Of a stretch of DNA of 64,000 nt, positions 1-10,837 are shown piece by piece (position 1 is the first letter of the stretch; each line of letters starts with the position of its first letter). The DNA comes from Dudresnaya verticillata (taxonomy: Eukaryota), in the NCBI GenBank assembly GCA_977862235.1, contig OZ374559.1:2356001-2420000 (forward strand), written 5' to 3'. The translations under genes were made by a program, and so were the position numbers. A model generated the notes under the pieces. That model saw nothing but the letters and a program-made list of their open reading frames with translations. It had not been told where the DNA came from and did no database searches.

Positions 1-14
1 GCAGGAGCAGCAGG

Positions 15-2004
15 CTAGATCCTATCCTCAACCCTCTCGCTGGCCGGTGCCGTTGCTACCGCCGTGGATGTTGGATCTTGAGACAGGGTTGCCCCAAGGG
101 CAGCTTCCGAAGCGGGAGGGAGAGACGCCATGGCCGCGTCACCCTCGCGACCCTCGCATCCCTCTGCAAGTGGGGCATTCCCCGTGTTTCCAGGAATGGT
201 GACGCCCTGGATGGCCAAGCCTTGCGCTATCTCCTCTTCTTGACGGGCTCGACGCCCAGCTGATCCAATGCCATGACGACCCCTGGGTCGAGTCTCTCCA
301 ATAGGAGATGCCGACGCGACTCCCCCGTGGCCGGTAACGATGGCTGTAGAAGCCCCTGGAGCCGGACTGGTCGTAGTGTTGACCCCCTCCTCTCGCGCGA
401 CAGGCGCTTCGCGTTCCTCCTTGGCTTGTTCGCCCAAACGGGGCAATCCCCGGAAATGTTCCGACATCCGATGGATGGGGCCAGGCACTGTTAGCCACGA
501 GGCTTCGTAGTCGACCATGGTCGCCTCGACCCAATCCGCCAGGGAATTCACCCTCAAGTTTTGGATGTTCCAGTGGGTTTGGAGGCGCACGGCCAAACCA
601 CGCTGACGAAAGACTTCGCGAATGACGGCATCGGCCTTGCTTCGCCCATGGATCACCGGCGGCGCGTAGGGGCCTAAAGGCTGACCATCGGTAAGCGCGT
701 CATACGCGGGCACCTCCGCGGGATTCTGCGGCTCGTGCCAGTTGTTACAAACCCACCCCGCGGTGAAATCGGACCGCAGGCGCATGCCTTCGTCCGCCTC
801 GATTGACTGAGCGTCCACTGGGACCGATTTGATCAGATATTCGGGAATGTCGGGAGCCCAGGCATCGGGGTCGAAATCGACCCAATCCCCGCGGTCAAAC
901 ACCGGCGTGATGGTGCCCGTGTCTGCGGGCAAGAACCGGTTTTGCTTCGACACTCGTTGCCAGACGATACGCTCGACGAAGAGTAGGAGCGAGTCCAGGT
1001 CGACTGCGTCATCGGCATTAGCCGTAAACTCCGACGAGCCGATCTCGCGAATATCATCGCGTATCTTCTGATTGATGAAGAACAGGGCCCTTCCGCGCCT
1101 CGTACATGAAGACCTGGGTGATGAGGACGATCCGTTCGTGCCGATAGATGAGCCATAGCAAACTACTACTCGAGGCCTGCATCAACTCCAAGCCGAGATA
1201 GGCCACAAGGGTCGGGACCCCCACGGGCATCGAGTACGAGACTTCGTAACAACTGTAGTCTGGAGGGATCTGCGGGTACTTGCTTGTGAACAATTCCGGC
1301 TTAATAGCTGAGACCTCCTGGCAGTGGAACGGGACCAGGCACCCGGTGCGATGCCTCTGGCGACGCTCAAAGCGAGCAGCTTCGTGGGGAAGAGCCGTCT
1401 GCGGCGTGTCCAACTGGTACTTATAGGCGGTGCGGTTGTTGGGAAGAGTGCTCCTGGTTGTGTTGTACGGGAAATTGTCCCTGCCTGCCCGGATGAAAGG
1501 GCGCGGATGGCCAACTGCCCTCATATCGTACTTCTCGGACACAAATATCTCGTCCAACACGTACTTCTCTTCGCCCAAGAAGCGGGCCATCTTCTCAATC
1601 CATGGAACCTCCCACCGATATCGGGCTCGTGCCAAGTCAAAGGGGAACGGCCCCGGCGTCGAAATACGCAGAGTCGTTAACGACAAATGGCTCACACGGG
1701 TCCTCAACAGGGTATTCCAAGCCTTGGCTTCCGCCCTCTTTCCGCCTAGGCGGCGCACTTCGTCGCGGTTCGCCCCAGCGCGGGGTCGCACATGATTTAG
1801 GTCAGTGCGCACTCGCCAATCGCGGCTAGACGCAATATCAACAGGGACACCTCCCGCGTCCACAGCGACCGGCGCTATGTTGTCCGGCGAGCCAGCTTGC
1901 CCATAGTGGAAGCTGGGGTTTACGGGCATGATGATGACGAGCCCGGGCTCCTGCTTGTGTAATACCACTTGAAAGGGGCCTGCCCAGAACTCTCCTCTCG
2001 CCAC
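15..2004 (-). pseudogene. Antisense accessory ORF of G0, frameshifted near 1060
   Basis: ORFs 1054-2004 and 15-953 join across a frameshift. W/Y-rich globular middle and low-complexity tail, in the same position as the G1/G3 antisense ORFs. Confidence 0.5.
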
Positions 2005-2076
2005 TTGGACGATCGCTCACGGAGCGGCCAGCACGCAGCGAGTTGCTGCGCTCACGCACCCCTCGGCGGGGTTGGC

Positions 2077-3146
2077 TCTAGCAACCACGCGGGCGCAACA
2101 GCGCGACGTGGCACAAATGCGGTTCCTGCTCGCTACAAACCAGAAAAGCGACGCCGAACAACAGCGCCAGGCGCGACGATGCGGAAGTTATGGCCACGGC
2201 GCCCACGCCGAGAACCTGCGGAGGGAAGAAGAAGCGCACCCGGTGCGAGTGTCGGCAGTGAGCTGTCGCAGCGCTTGAGGACGATGATGAAGCGGGCGCG
2301 CAAGAGTTGTGGCGGGTGCCGGTGCAAAAACACTTTGCGCAGACGCGGGTACACACCCTGATATACGCTCACGATTTTGGGAGCGCTGGCTCAGCGTGTG
2401 GGACTTCTCGACGACGGCGTCCCAGTCGCAACGTTGCGCTGCACTGGCTTTGGCCCGACAATTCTGGCGGAACGCCAATGCAAATTGGAAACTGTGGCAC
2501 CGAAATGGCTCAGACCTCGCGGGGCTCTCGGTCTTACGAGTGGGGCCGTGTGGCACAACGGCGATCTGCGCCAAGTGGGCGCTCGACGCTGTAAGTTGTA
2601 ACGGGCCAATGCCCTGTAAGGCGCTGGCATTGCTGGACTGCGCCATGATGCGACACGTGATTGGCGCCTGGCGCGAAATCATCTGCGCCTCAGACGCGCA
2701 ATTGGCGCCTGATCATTGGTGCGGCGTTGGGATATTTCCCGATTATACGCCGCCACAGGGGCGTAGATCCGCCTCCCTTGCTCAATGTAATTCGTGTACA
2801 GTACACTGTAGTAGTTAGTATTAGCACGGGCACAAGCCCTATTTATTGGTCCCCTGAATAGCAGGGAACCCCTGATTGAACCCCACGGGGAGTTTCTCGG
2901 TCTTGACCGTTTTCTGGATTCCGGGCGCTTCCGGTTCCCTTTTTGGACGCCAACTACAGGCTCGTCACCGTACGGCAGGTTCCCTGCGGAATACCGGGTC
3001 GCGTCCCCCTTTTCCTTTTCCTTTTTCCTGGCCTAGCGCCATTCTACCAAGCCTCTACCACACCCGAGCTACCTGTGAGCACGACGGTTCAGGACAGGTT
3101 TCCTTTGTTCTTTTTGCTCTTCCTGGGCTGGACCCGTTGTGCTACA
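2077..3146 (+). repeat. Probable 3' LTR of G0 (start approximate)
   Basis: TCTAGC (possibly a mutated TGTAGC) at 2077 follows GCGCTCACGC..GGCGGGG, resembling the G3 PPT context. Ends GCTACA. The partner LTR is not in the window. Confidence 0.4.
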
Positions 3147-3618
3147 CCTGGTGGCGCTTGGCTTCGACACGGGTCTCGACAAGCTCAGCGATTTGATTGG
3201 CTTGAGTCTGTCCTTTCGAAAGAACGGTTTGGAAATGGGCTGTACGCATAGAGAGAACTTCTTTAGCGCCACGAAGACCTTCTTCGATGAGCCCCAGAAG
3301 CCGGGACTGCTTGTCGACATCAGATTCCGCCCCGAGGAGCGAGAGAGCAGCCAGAGACTGCTCAATCCAGCACCCAGCGGAGTGAATATACTCCAGCTCT
3401 TTGGCATTACGGCGGTCCTTGCGGTGGGTCTCCAGGTAGAGGGTAGTCTAGGGCTTGAAGAAGCCCACCTCGTTAGGAAGAACGAGACTGGAGCGAGGCC
3501 ACAGGGCCCTACGGCCGACCATGCCAGAAGCAAGCTGATGATTGACAAGTTCAGCATAATCGCTGGGAATGGCGGGAGAGATTGAGATAGATGAAGAGGG
3601 AGGGGTTGGTTCAGTCAT
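3147..3618 (-). pseudogene. DIRS ORF1 (gag-like), truncated, with an internal TAG
   Basis: Manual translation MTEP..ALWPRSS..FFKP*TTLYLETHRKDRRNAKELEYIHSAG..AKEVLSMRTAHF aligns with ORF 62030-62629. Confidence 0.8.
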
Positions 3619-3788
3619 GAGTTTGAGTGGTTCGCCTGTCGGAGTGACGGAAATCCTTTGTTCTCAACCGGCTTGAGAACGAAGGAAAGAACTTGCCGAG
3701 TAGGACAGTGAGCTACTGTAGGGTGAGTCTTATATACAGCTTGGCCGAGTTAAAACTCGGTCATGGGATCGCTGCTTGTGTGAAGAAG

Positions 3789-3878
3789 CCACCCACAAAA
3801 TTGCGCGACCTAGCATCATCCAGAAGCTGTGTATCAAACCACCCACAAACTGCTCGACCTAGCATCATCCAGAAGCTG
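3789..3878. repeat. Two-copy ~50-bp tandem repeat inside the D0 terminal repeat (also at 10619-10708)
   Basis: CCACCCACAAA..GACCTAGCATCATCCAGAAGCTG occurs twice. Confidence 0.85.
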
Positions 3879-5731
3879 GGGTGCAACTAAGAGTCCCGAT
3901 TTGGAGCTGCAATTCAAACAGCGTACCCAAAAAGGGTGTGAGTTGTGGGACGCTCGGCCTATGCTCGCTACCCTTGGCATGTCTTTTCGGAAGTGTAAAG
4001 CGATTAGGACACCCTCTGAAAGTGCTGCACCATGAGGCGATATTCTCAGATCACGCTGCAATAGTACCAGACTTTCCTGAGACGATCTTCTCATAGTGAG
4101 ACACTTCGAACTATGTCACTCCCACCTCGTGAAGACTTTCTAAAGTGCATGAGCTGCTCCTCAGTCATTCCAACAGTTTGTTTGCCTCAACAAGCTTGTC
4201 ATTGAGATAACAAGCTTGCAGCTTTCTACATGAGCAGTCTGTACGAGTTTGTCGTTTTGTTGCATATCTACTCACTTTTAAGACCGCTATGACCACGCCC
4301 TTGGATTAATGGAGGGTAGCTCGTAAGCCTTGCCTGATGCTCTCCATACTGCTTCAACTTTAATTGACAGCGCAAACTCGATACCCATTATTGCTATTCG
4401 CAGGCCTAAACCTGAAGTGTCAATAGTCATTTCTTTGTCTCCCTCGTTCATTTCCAGGCCTGCGCAAGTGGAAGGAAATGGACAAAGGAAACCGCACTGT
4501 TCTGTTATACTTCAAATCTTATCAGCGAAGGGGCTACAAGGCACAAGGATCAGCAAGGCAGTCGATCAGATGATGGAACCTCCTTGAGGGACTGCAGGTT
4601 ATTCTTAGAGCAAAGTGTTGTACTACATAACTCATTCAATAATAATAATAATAATTGCTTGTGAGAATACAAATGTTGCACTTGTACTCGCGGCCACGAT
4701 GACAACCAGGAAGGTCTACGGTACAACAGGCGCGATAAAATAGAGGTTATCATTCCCATTCCTCCTCTGCACACGGTTTGATCCTCTTGTTTAGAGGATG
4801 GACTGGAAAGTGGATAAACTGCGAGTAGAATTATTAGGGACTGATCTGATAGGGTTCCTTGGAAGTGAAACAATTTTCGCTTCTCAAATTCGCTTGTCCG
4901 CAGGGCTTTGAACGAAGAGGCTCAAGAGTGTCTTTACGCATGACACCAGTGCCTAAACCGCCATTGAAGCCGCATTCAAACCCTGTTCGCTTCCAAACCA
5001 TGTGTTAACATAAACAGGCTGTACGGCCGTACCAGCTCCACAGCCATCTCCCGTTTCCCCCGACACTTCTATTTCTCTTTCCACTCTACTCTCAAAGTCC
5101 CGTTCGAGTTCGAATCAAGAAGATAAAGCAGGTCAGGCAAGTGGTACTGGTAAATGTGTTGGAATAGAATAGAAGCAAGCAAGCGTTACCATTATTTCAA
5201 TCTATGGATCGATCGTAGGAAGGGAAGTAAATGCCCAATCGCCACTAAACACTAAAAATAGCAGCAAGAAGAACGAGCCGGAACTGCAGTTCCGGTATTG
5301 TTAGATAGGGCGGTAGGTACTACACGTACCCTAAAAATACCGTTGAGAACCTGAAGTTTCCTTACTTCTTTTCATTCCACCCCCACAACGTACCAGTATG
5401 TTATACCACAGCGAAACACTGCATTTACGTCGTAGGATTGCCATTTGTTTCAGCCTACATTCTAAGAACGGCGCTGCTTTTAAATCCCGCATGCGTGTGC
5501 CTACGACATAAGAAAGAAGAAACTTTTGAAACAGAGCCACATCTATGTGTAACTATGATCAACTGAACTGAGCATGAGCAGGTGATACATTATCGTCTCT
5601 TTATCTTTGCTAGTTCAAACCCAGGCACTATCAAGACTTGTACTTCTCGAGACGTATTGCCTTGTGTACTATTGGTAGCAATGGTAGTATTGGTAGTATT
5701 GGTACTATTGACGTGGATCGACCTACGTGTT

Positions 5732-6145
5732 CTAACAATAGTAGATATACCAATAGCAGGAGCGGTAGCAATAGCACCGGTACGGAGAACAGATACACCT
5801 GTAGCGGCAGATAACACGCCTGCAAAGCCCACGAGATGTGGCCTGAAGCGACTGCTTCTCGTTCGCGGTAAGGCTACGAACAAGCTCCTCTTTCTTGTCG
5901 GCGCTTTCCTGAAGCATCCTGGCGGAGGTCTCCGTCTTGGAAATGAAACAGCAGGTCTTACCCAGAGATCCATCGGTCGACAACTCTGACTTGAAGACAT
6001 GGCAGTGGGAGTATCCGTCCTTGGCACATTCTTTGGCGGCCTTACCCTCGTCGTCGCCTTCATGGATTTTGCATGGGCAGTCGGGAGTGGCTGTGGCGAC
6101 AGCGAAGAGGGCGAGCAAGAGGGCGAGCAAGAAGAACTTGTTCAT
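5732..6145 (-). CDS. Secreted cysteine-rich peptide precursor, copy 1 (137 aa)
   Basis: Signal peptide MNKFFLLALLLALFAVATA, a 6-Cys domain, a charged linker ending TSR, and an 8-Cys core GLCRRVICRYRCICSPYRCYCYRSCYWYIYYC. The ORF is intact in three paralogs. Confidence 0.88.
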   Translation of the reverse strand: MNKFFLLALLLALFAVATATPDCPCKIHEGDDEGKAAKECAKDGYSHCHVFKSELSTDGSLGKTCCFISKTETSARMLQESADKKEELVRSLTANEKQSLQATSRGLCRRVICRYRCICSPYRCYCYRSCYWYIYYC

Positions 6146-6277
6146 GTTGAGAGGAGGTAGCGAACAACGGCTGTTGGTTGGTAGTGTTGGTGATGAGTGA
6201 ACAATGAAAAAATGAGCGTGCGAAGCTTGGTGCGTTTGAAAAGTGTTGAAACGCGTTCTACTGAGGTTGATGGGTCG

Positions 6278-6285
6278 TATATATA
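6278..6285 (-). promoter_or_regulatory. Putative TATA box of the peptide gene
   Basis: TATATATA ~133 bp upstream of the ATG; retained near 53165 and 63035. Confidence 0.45.
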
Positions 6286-7027
6286 CAGGTTTTGGTTTGT
6301 GGACTACTCAGAATAGGGACATTGGGATAGCGATAGAATATTGATAGCGGTTGCGATGCTGTTTCCTTATGGCACGGTTGGTATGCTATGAAGCGTTTGT
6401 AAGGCTTACAATGCGTATAATGCGTTCCCACGCGTGGTTCGACGTCTTGAGGTGATTTGGTGCTGGGCACTGGAGCTGCCTCATTACCAGCTCTGAAAAG
6501 TAAATGACAGTCTTTATAGATGTAAAGCCTTCATTCCTAACCGATGTCTTGATGAAATTAAAACTAAGAAAGACCATACACACGGTTGTTCTAAACAAAG
6601 AAAGGATAGACTTGATGGTCAATGGATAAGCAGAAGAAGGGTGGGAGGGAGGGGAAGAAAGGATAGACTTGCCGTCTCGTAGGGAGAGCGACCGGCGGTG
6701 GCTATATATACTGTAGCCACCATGTGGGGAGAGACCCCGAGTTGCACTTCGCAGATTATGTTTCCATTGCAAGAACAATATGAACTTTGATCTTCCGACG
6801 CGCGCATGCATCTGTTCTGTTGGAGTCCTTCTGATTCTGCTTGCGACGGATGACCCAGATTCGTTGCAATTGAGTCCAAACTGGGAACTCAGCCTCATGC
6901 TACTCGATCGGGGTTTCGGACGCTCAGCCGAGTTCGCTATTCCCCGTAGTCATTATCTTTTCATCAGCGTAAACCATTGACACCATATGAAAATCCCGTC
7001 TCGGAACCGTGCATGGCACGGGAGAGG

Positions 7028-8105
7028 CTACTGCGGGGGCGGGAACCGAGCTGTAGGGAGTAGTGACCAGAAGTAGTCCGAGATTTCCGGTGTAACCTCC
7101 AGGCGACCATCAAAGTAGACGTTAACCAGCATGCGGTCAGGACTCCACTGTCCACGAAAGTGAACAACAGGAATGGGGACCCCAAGCAGGATGAGAGCAG
7201 TAACGCTGCCGCTCTGTAGACTATGGGAAGAGTAAGAAGTAAAAGGGGGAGGCACAATCTGAAGTGCAGAGAGAATACTTTGCAGAGCAGCCGTCACGTG
7301 TTGCGCTCCAGGAGTATCTCCTGCAAATGACCAGTACAAGCGAGAAGGGGGAGCTCGTCGTTGCGCTTCGAAGTACTGTGCTTGAAGGGAGAGAGGGTTT
7401 ATGCCCCCGCTCCAGCACAGCGAAGACTCATAGCGGGAGCCCCCCGAACGGGACGCCCTTTCAGAGTTCGAGGCCGTGCAGTTATGCAGAGGATATCAGA
7501 GCTATATTCTTGTACTTCATGCCGTACATGGACATCTTGAACTTGAACGGTTCTCCCAGAAGCCTCGCGCCATGACATTAGGTACTGAAATTCAATGAGT
7601 GCAGCGTCCCTTTCCTCTCGCGTTCCCGTTGCTTGCTGTAGCCCAAACTGGCGAATGTGAGCAGCAATATTTGCGGGTAGACCCGCGCGGACATCGCGAT
7701 ATGCACCTCGAGCGTCATCCTGTCGCCGAAAGGCACGAATGAGGTCTTGCAGAGCTTGACCTGCACAAGGATCGGGAAGCTCTGCACGTGCATGTGTTGT
7801 CCTAATGGCGGATAGGTAGTGGTCCAAGGACTGGCCGTGGATACGATTCTCTTCAAACAAATGTCGTACATAGGCCAAGACTGTCCCTCGAGACGCTGGG
7901 AGTGAACGATGTCCTTCATCCATGCAAAAAGTGGTAAACTTTCGCCACTGACTTGACTTCGACTGCACAGTACTCTGGCTCAGTGCATGAGCAGCCAGTC
8001 TTATACTGGACGATCCACCCCTAGTGCGAGGGACGCGATCTCGGATGGCAGACTGGATCGCGAGAGAGGCCGTCGGCCGACTTCGGCTATCTCGATTGCC
8101 CATTG
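7028..8105 (-). pseudogene. Tyrosine recombinase of D1 (frameshift ~7400; HSLR mutated to HSLQ)
   Basis: SQWRKFTTFC..LPAS..YLSAIRTTH N-domain, MSWRE (catalytic R), HSLQSG, RGQW, VNVYF (catalytic Y). Confidence 0.88.
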
Positions 8106-10034
8106 TGGATTGACGGACGCGGAGTCGAATAGGGAGCCGTGTCCGGGATGTATCACGCGGGAGGTTAGACAAAGCCGTTGTAGTAGCTTGTACCAAGACG
8201 TCCCGGTCCAGTGTGGCACTAGAATGACCCCGTGTGCTTCCTCTGCTTCGATTTTCAAGAGCGTGAACGCGATGAGCTGAGGTGGGGGGTTCCAAAAACG
8301 ACTCAGTCCGTCCCCCCAATACTCCTGGAACTGTGCGCGTATGACCTTCGAGCGGGCCGCGGGGGCCTCCTTGAGTGGCCAGAAGCGCCGAACGAGCTGT
8401 AACTTGAGAGAGACTTCTAATGAGTGAAGTAACGAAGGGGTTGCGGCTAGATCCCGGCTGTCCCATGTGCGGCTCAGGCGGTCCGCGTGACGGTTCAAGG
8501 CGGACGGGATCCAAACCGCCTTGAGAGTCACCTTCATTTCCCGTAGGAGGTTGTGCAGGAGGCGTAGCTCTGACATGAGTTCGGGGCTGGAAGAAACCAT
8601 ATTGTTGACGATATGGAACACGGACATATTGTCTACATGTAACCTGATCCTCCCTTGATGTCCTTGGAGCCGCGCGTGAACCAAGTCCTCTTCCAGTGTC
8701 CGCCGTGCGGCCACGAGCTCCCTGTAGTTGATAGATTTCAACCTTAGGAAGGGGGACCACACCTGTCGCACATGCACGTCGCCATCCGCTCCAGCCGACA
8801 AGTCCCTCCCAAGGGTGCCACCAAATCCAATGTCCGAGGCATCCATGTGGAGGTTCCAGGATTCCTGGCCCCCGTAAATAAGACGCCCATCGCCCACCAA
8901 CATCTCGCTCCAGGCCTTTAGATCTCTTAGGCCAGAATTGCTCAGACGAATTTTGCAGGATGGATATCTTCCAATGCGACGACGGTCCTGTAGTAGATCG
9001 TTGTATAAACCTCGAGTGAAGAAACGCGCCAGCGGAATTGGGGTTAGCTGCGAAACAGCCTTCCCTGTGAAAGTCCGGACTAGGGACTCCCGTACCCAGC
9101 GCTTGGACTTCGCAGCAGTAGTGAGGAGGGCTTTGGAAAAGTCCCGGAGCTTTCCAATCTTTTGGTCCGTAACGAAATATCTGAATTGCTCTGTGTCTAT
9201 GACCACCCCCAGATGTTCTAGGCAAGTAGTACCTCGGCCCCAGACTCCTTTGTCTGGATGTCTTAGTAGTCCAAGCTTGAGAAATAACGAATCTAAGACC
9301 TCGCATAGCTCCATGCAATCCATTTGGGTGCTTGGCGAGGTTCCAACACCAGGGACCAGTAGATAGTCGTCGATCCATGTTAACACACGGCAGTTTAAAG
9401 CAGACCTGATGTATCTGGTTAACGGGGCCAGCAGATGGCAAAACCAAAAAGGGGACCGTGTCCACCCGAAGGGAAGGGCAATACATCTGTAGAACTTGCC
9501 CTGATATCGAAATATAAACCAGTTCCACATCCGACTGTGCAGAACAAAATGGCGATACCCCTCTTTCCAGTCGAAGGAAAGCATATGGTCCCCAACCAGC
9601 AGGCAAGCCCCAAAGGCGGAAAGCGTCTCCATAAGCACTGACTTTTTGCACCAGTGGGTTGACTGCTTCTTTAAATTGATAATAAAGCGCCCCTTTCCTT
9701 GACTCCAGTCCACGAATGCTGAAGATACGTAGTTGCCTTTCGCCACTTGCTGCAGGGCGTAATCCTTTGTTATCGCCTGATACACTCCGGCGGCACAGCC
9801 TTCCTCTAGGTCCTTCGCAGCGAATTCTTTGTCGGCCGCATTCTGGGGAATCTCCGGAAGCATGACACCTTCTGTAAAGGGAACATCCGGGGGATCCCAG
9901 ATTCCAAAGCATAAGCAACGTATTATGTACGCCGATGCCCCGATGGTACGCCAAGCCTCGGCATTTCTCCTTGTGAATGCCCATCTGGCGTGACGCCAAG
10001 TAGGTGGTCGGTGTGGTTCCGTGCTGTTCATCAC
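8001..10034 (-). CDS. DIRS pol: reverse transcriptase, RNase H and methyltransferase-like domain (677 aa)
   Basis: GRFIINLK, SFDWKEGYRH, ALPFGWTRSP, WIDD, HMDASDIGFGG, INYRELVA, VDN, NRHADRLSR, WNPPP, ILVPHW. Confidence 0.92.
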   Translation of the reverse strand: MMNSTEPHRPPTWRHARWAFTRRNAEAWRTIGASAYIIRCLCFGIWDPPDVPFTEGVMLPEIPQNAADKEFAAKDLEEGCAAGVYQAITKDYALQQVAKGNYVSSAFVDWSQGKGRFIINLKKQSTHWCKKSVLMETLSAFGACLLVGDHMLSFDWKEGYRHFVLHSRMWNWFIFRYQGKFYRCIALPFGWTRSPFWFCHLLAPLTRYIRSALNCRVLTWIDDYLLVPGVGTSPSTQMDCMELCEVLDSLFLKLGLLRHPDKGVWGRGTTCLEHLGVVIDTEQFRYFVTDQKIGKLRDFSKALLTTAAKSKRWVRESLVRTFTGKAVSQLTPIPLARFFTRGLYNDLLQDRRRIGRYPSCKIRLSNSGLRDLKAWSEMLVGDGRLIYGGQESWNLHMDASDIGFGGTLGRDLSAGADGDVHVRQVWSPFLRLKSINYRELVAARRTLEEDLVHARLQGHQGRIRLHVDNMSVFHIVNNMVSSSPELMSELRLLHNLLREMKVTLKAVWIPSALNRHADRLSRTWDSRDLAATPSLLHSLEVSLKLQLVRRFWPLKEAPAARSKVIRAQFQEYWGDGLSRFWNPPPQLIAFTLLKIEAEEAHGVILVPHWTGTSWYKLLQRLCLTSRVIHPGHGSLFDSASVNPQWAIEIAEVGRRPLSRSSLPSEIASLALGVDRPV

Positions 10035-10590
10035 TTCTTCGCGCCGCCCGCCTTGGGCGCATCGCGATCCTTTTCTGCGGACGGGTTGCTGTTGCCTGCC
10101 TTAGCAATACTCTTGGCAGCCTCAACAACGTACTTGTTAGATAGCTCTTTATATACGGAGGCATACATTTCGGATTGGACCTGCGCATGTTTTGCCTCAA
10201 CTTTGGTTTCCACGAGTTCTGCAATCTGTCTAGCCATAGCAGGACCTTTTGGTGAGCACGGCGTAAAAATGGGAGGTACGCATAGCCAATACTTCCTTGC
10301 TGGCCAAGAGAGAGTCATACAGGATCTGTAGCATCCTTCCTTGCTCGGCAGCGTCTCCAGAATCCTTGAATAAGTCAAATGCACAAAGACCCTGCTGAAT
10401 CCAGGTCCCCGCACTGTGTATATACTCCAATTATTTTCCATTTCTCCTATCCTTCCGGATAGTGTCCCGATAGAGATTTGTATCGGGCTTAAAGTAGCTC
10501 GGCTGGTGCGGCTGCACGAGTTCAGCGCAAGGCCACATAACTGAACGACCAGCAAGACTGCTGGCAAGAAGATGGTTGATGACCTTGCTG
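10031..10590 (-). pseudogene. D1 ORF1 (gag-like), frameshifted and 5'-truncated
   Basis: YFKPDTNLYRDTIRKDRRNGK*LEYIHSAG..KEVLAMRTSHF / KGPAMARQIAELVETKV aligns with D3 ORF1. Confidence 0.85.
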
Positions 10591-10837
10591 TCATGGGATC
10601 GCTGCTTGTGTGAAGAAGCCACCCACAAAATTGCGCGACCTAGCATCATCCAGAAGCTGTGTATCAAACCACCCACAAACTGCTCGACCTAGCATCAGCC
10701 AGAAGCTGGGGTGCAACTAAGAGTCCCGATTTGGAGCTGCAATTCAAACAGCGTACCCAAAAAGGGTGTGAGTTGTGGGACGCTCGGCCTATGCTCGCTA
10801 CCCTTGGCATGTCTTTTCAGAAGTGTAAAGCGATTAG

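Larger units (their letters stand above)
1..3146 (+). mobile_element. G0: 3' part of a Gypsy-like LTR retrotransposon (antisense accessory ORF plus 3' LTR), inserted into a DIRS gag
   Basis: Ends in ...GCTACA at 3146, like the ...CTACA ends of G1 and G3, exactly where the D0 gag frame breaks off (VEAKRHQ|). Same layout as G1/G3: minus-strand ORF followed by an LTR. The left end and pol lie outside the window. Confidence 0.6.
3147..4021 (-). mobile_element. D0: 5' remnant of a DIRS-type element (terminal repeat A1 ~3680-4021 plus gag)
   Basis: The gag-like frame is homologous to D3 ORF1. The end sequence TCTTTTC..GTAAAG..GACAC..TGAAA matches the A-repeat ends of D1-D3. Confidence 0.75.
3761..6495. 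repeat. Tandem segmental unit, copy 1
   Basis: Near-identical to copy 2 (10591-10837, 24163-25103, 32269-32637, 52017-53180) and copy 3 (53183-53365, 56781-58331, 62968-63251). Copy 1 lacks ~190 bp at 5450 that the other two have. Confidence 0.92.
6499..10590 (-). mobile_element. D1: DIRS-type tyrosine-recombinase retrotransposon, 5'-truncated
   Basis: Has gag, RT-RNaseH-MT and YR ORFs. Diverges from unit copy 3 (63251) at CTCTG|AAAA. A2-like segment ~6655-6993. Fused at 10590 to a D0-type terminal repeat. Confidence 0.9.

Noticed and set aside
3789..3878. CRISPR-like repeat
   Set aside because: Only two units, no real spacers, no cas genes, eukaryotic context.
5278..5295. Perfect 18-bp palindrome CCGGAACTGCAGTTCCGG (also 32595, 57197)
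   Set aside because: About 0.25 expected by chance in 64 kb; the three copies reflect one duplicated site.
5735..5830. DGR-like mutagenesis of the peptide core by neighbouring RTs
   Set aside because: The substitutions affect all four bases, not only adenines; there is no template repeat; the RTs are ordinary Gypsy and DIRS types.
5582..5989. Plus-strand ORF MIHYRLFIF.. conserved in all three units
   Set aside because: Antisense shadow of the peptide gene with a non-ATG start; its hydrophobic run comes from a 9-bp GGTAGTATT repeat in the 3' UTR.
10591..10600. TCATGGG junction as a Helitron or TIR element end
   Set aside because: It lies inside the D0 terminal repeat and is better explained as a deletion breakpoint; no matching other end was found.
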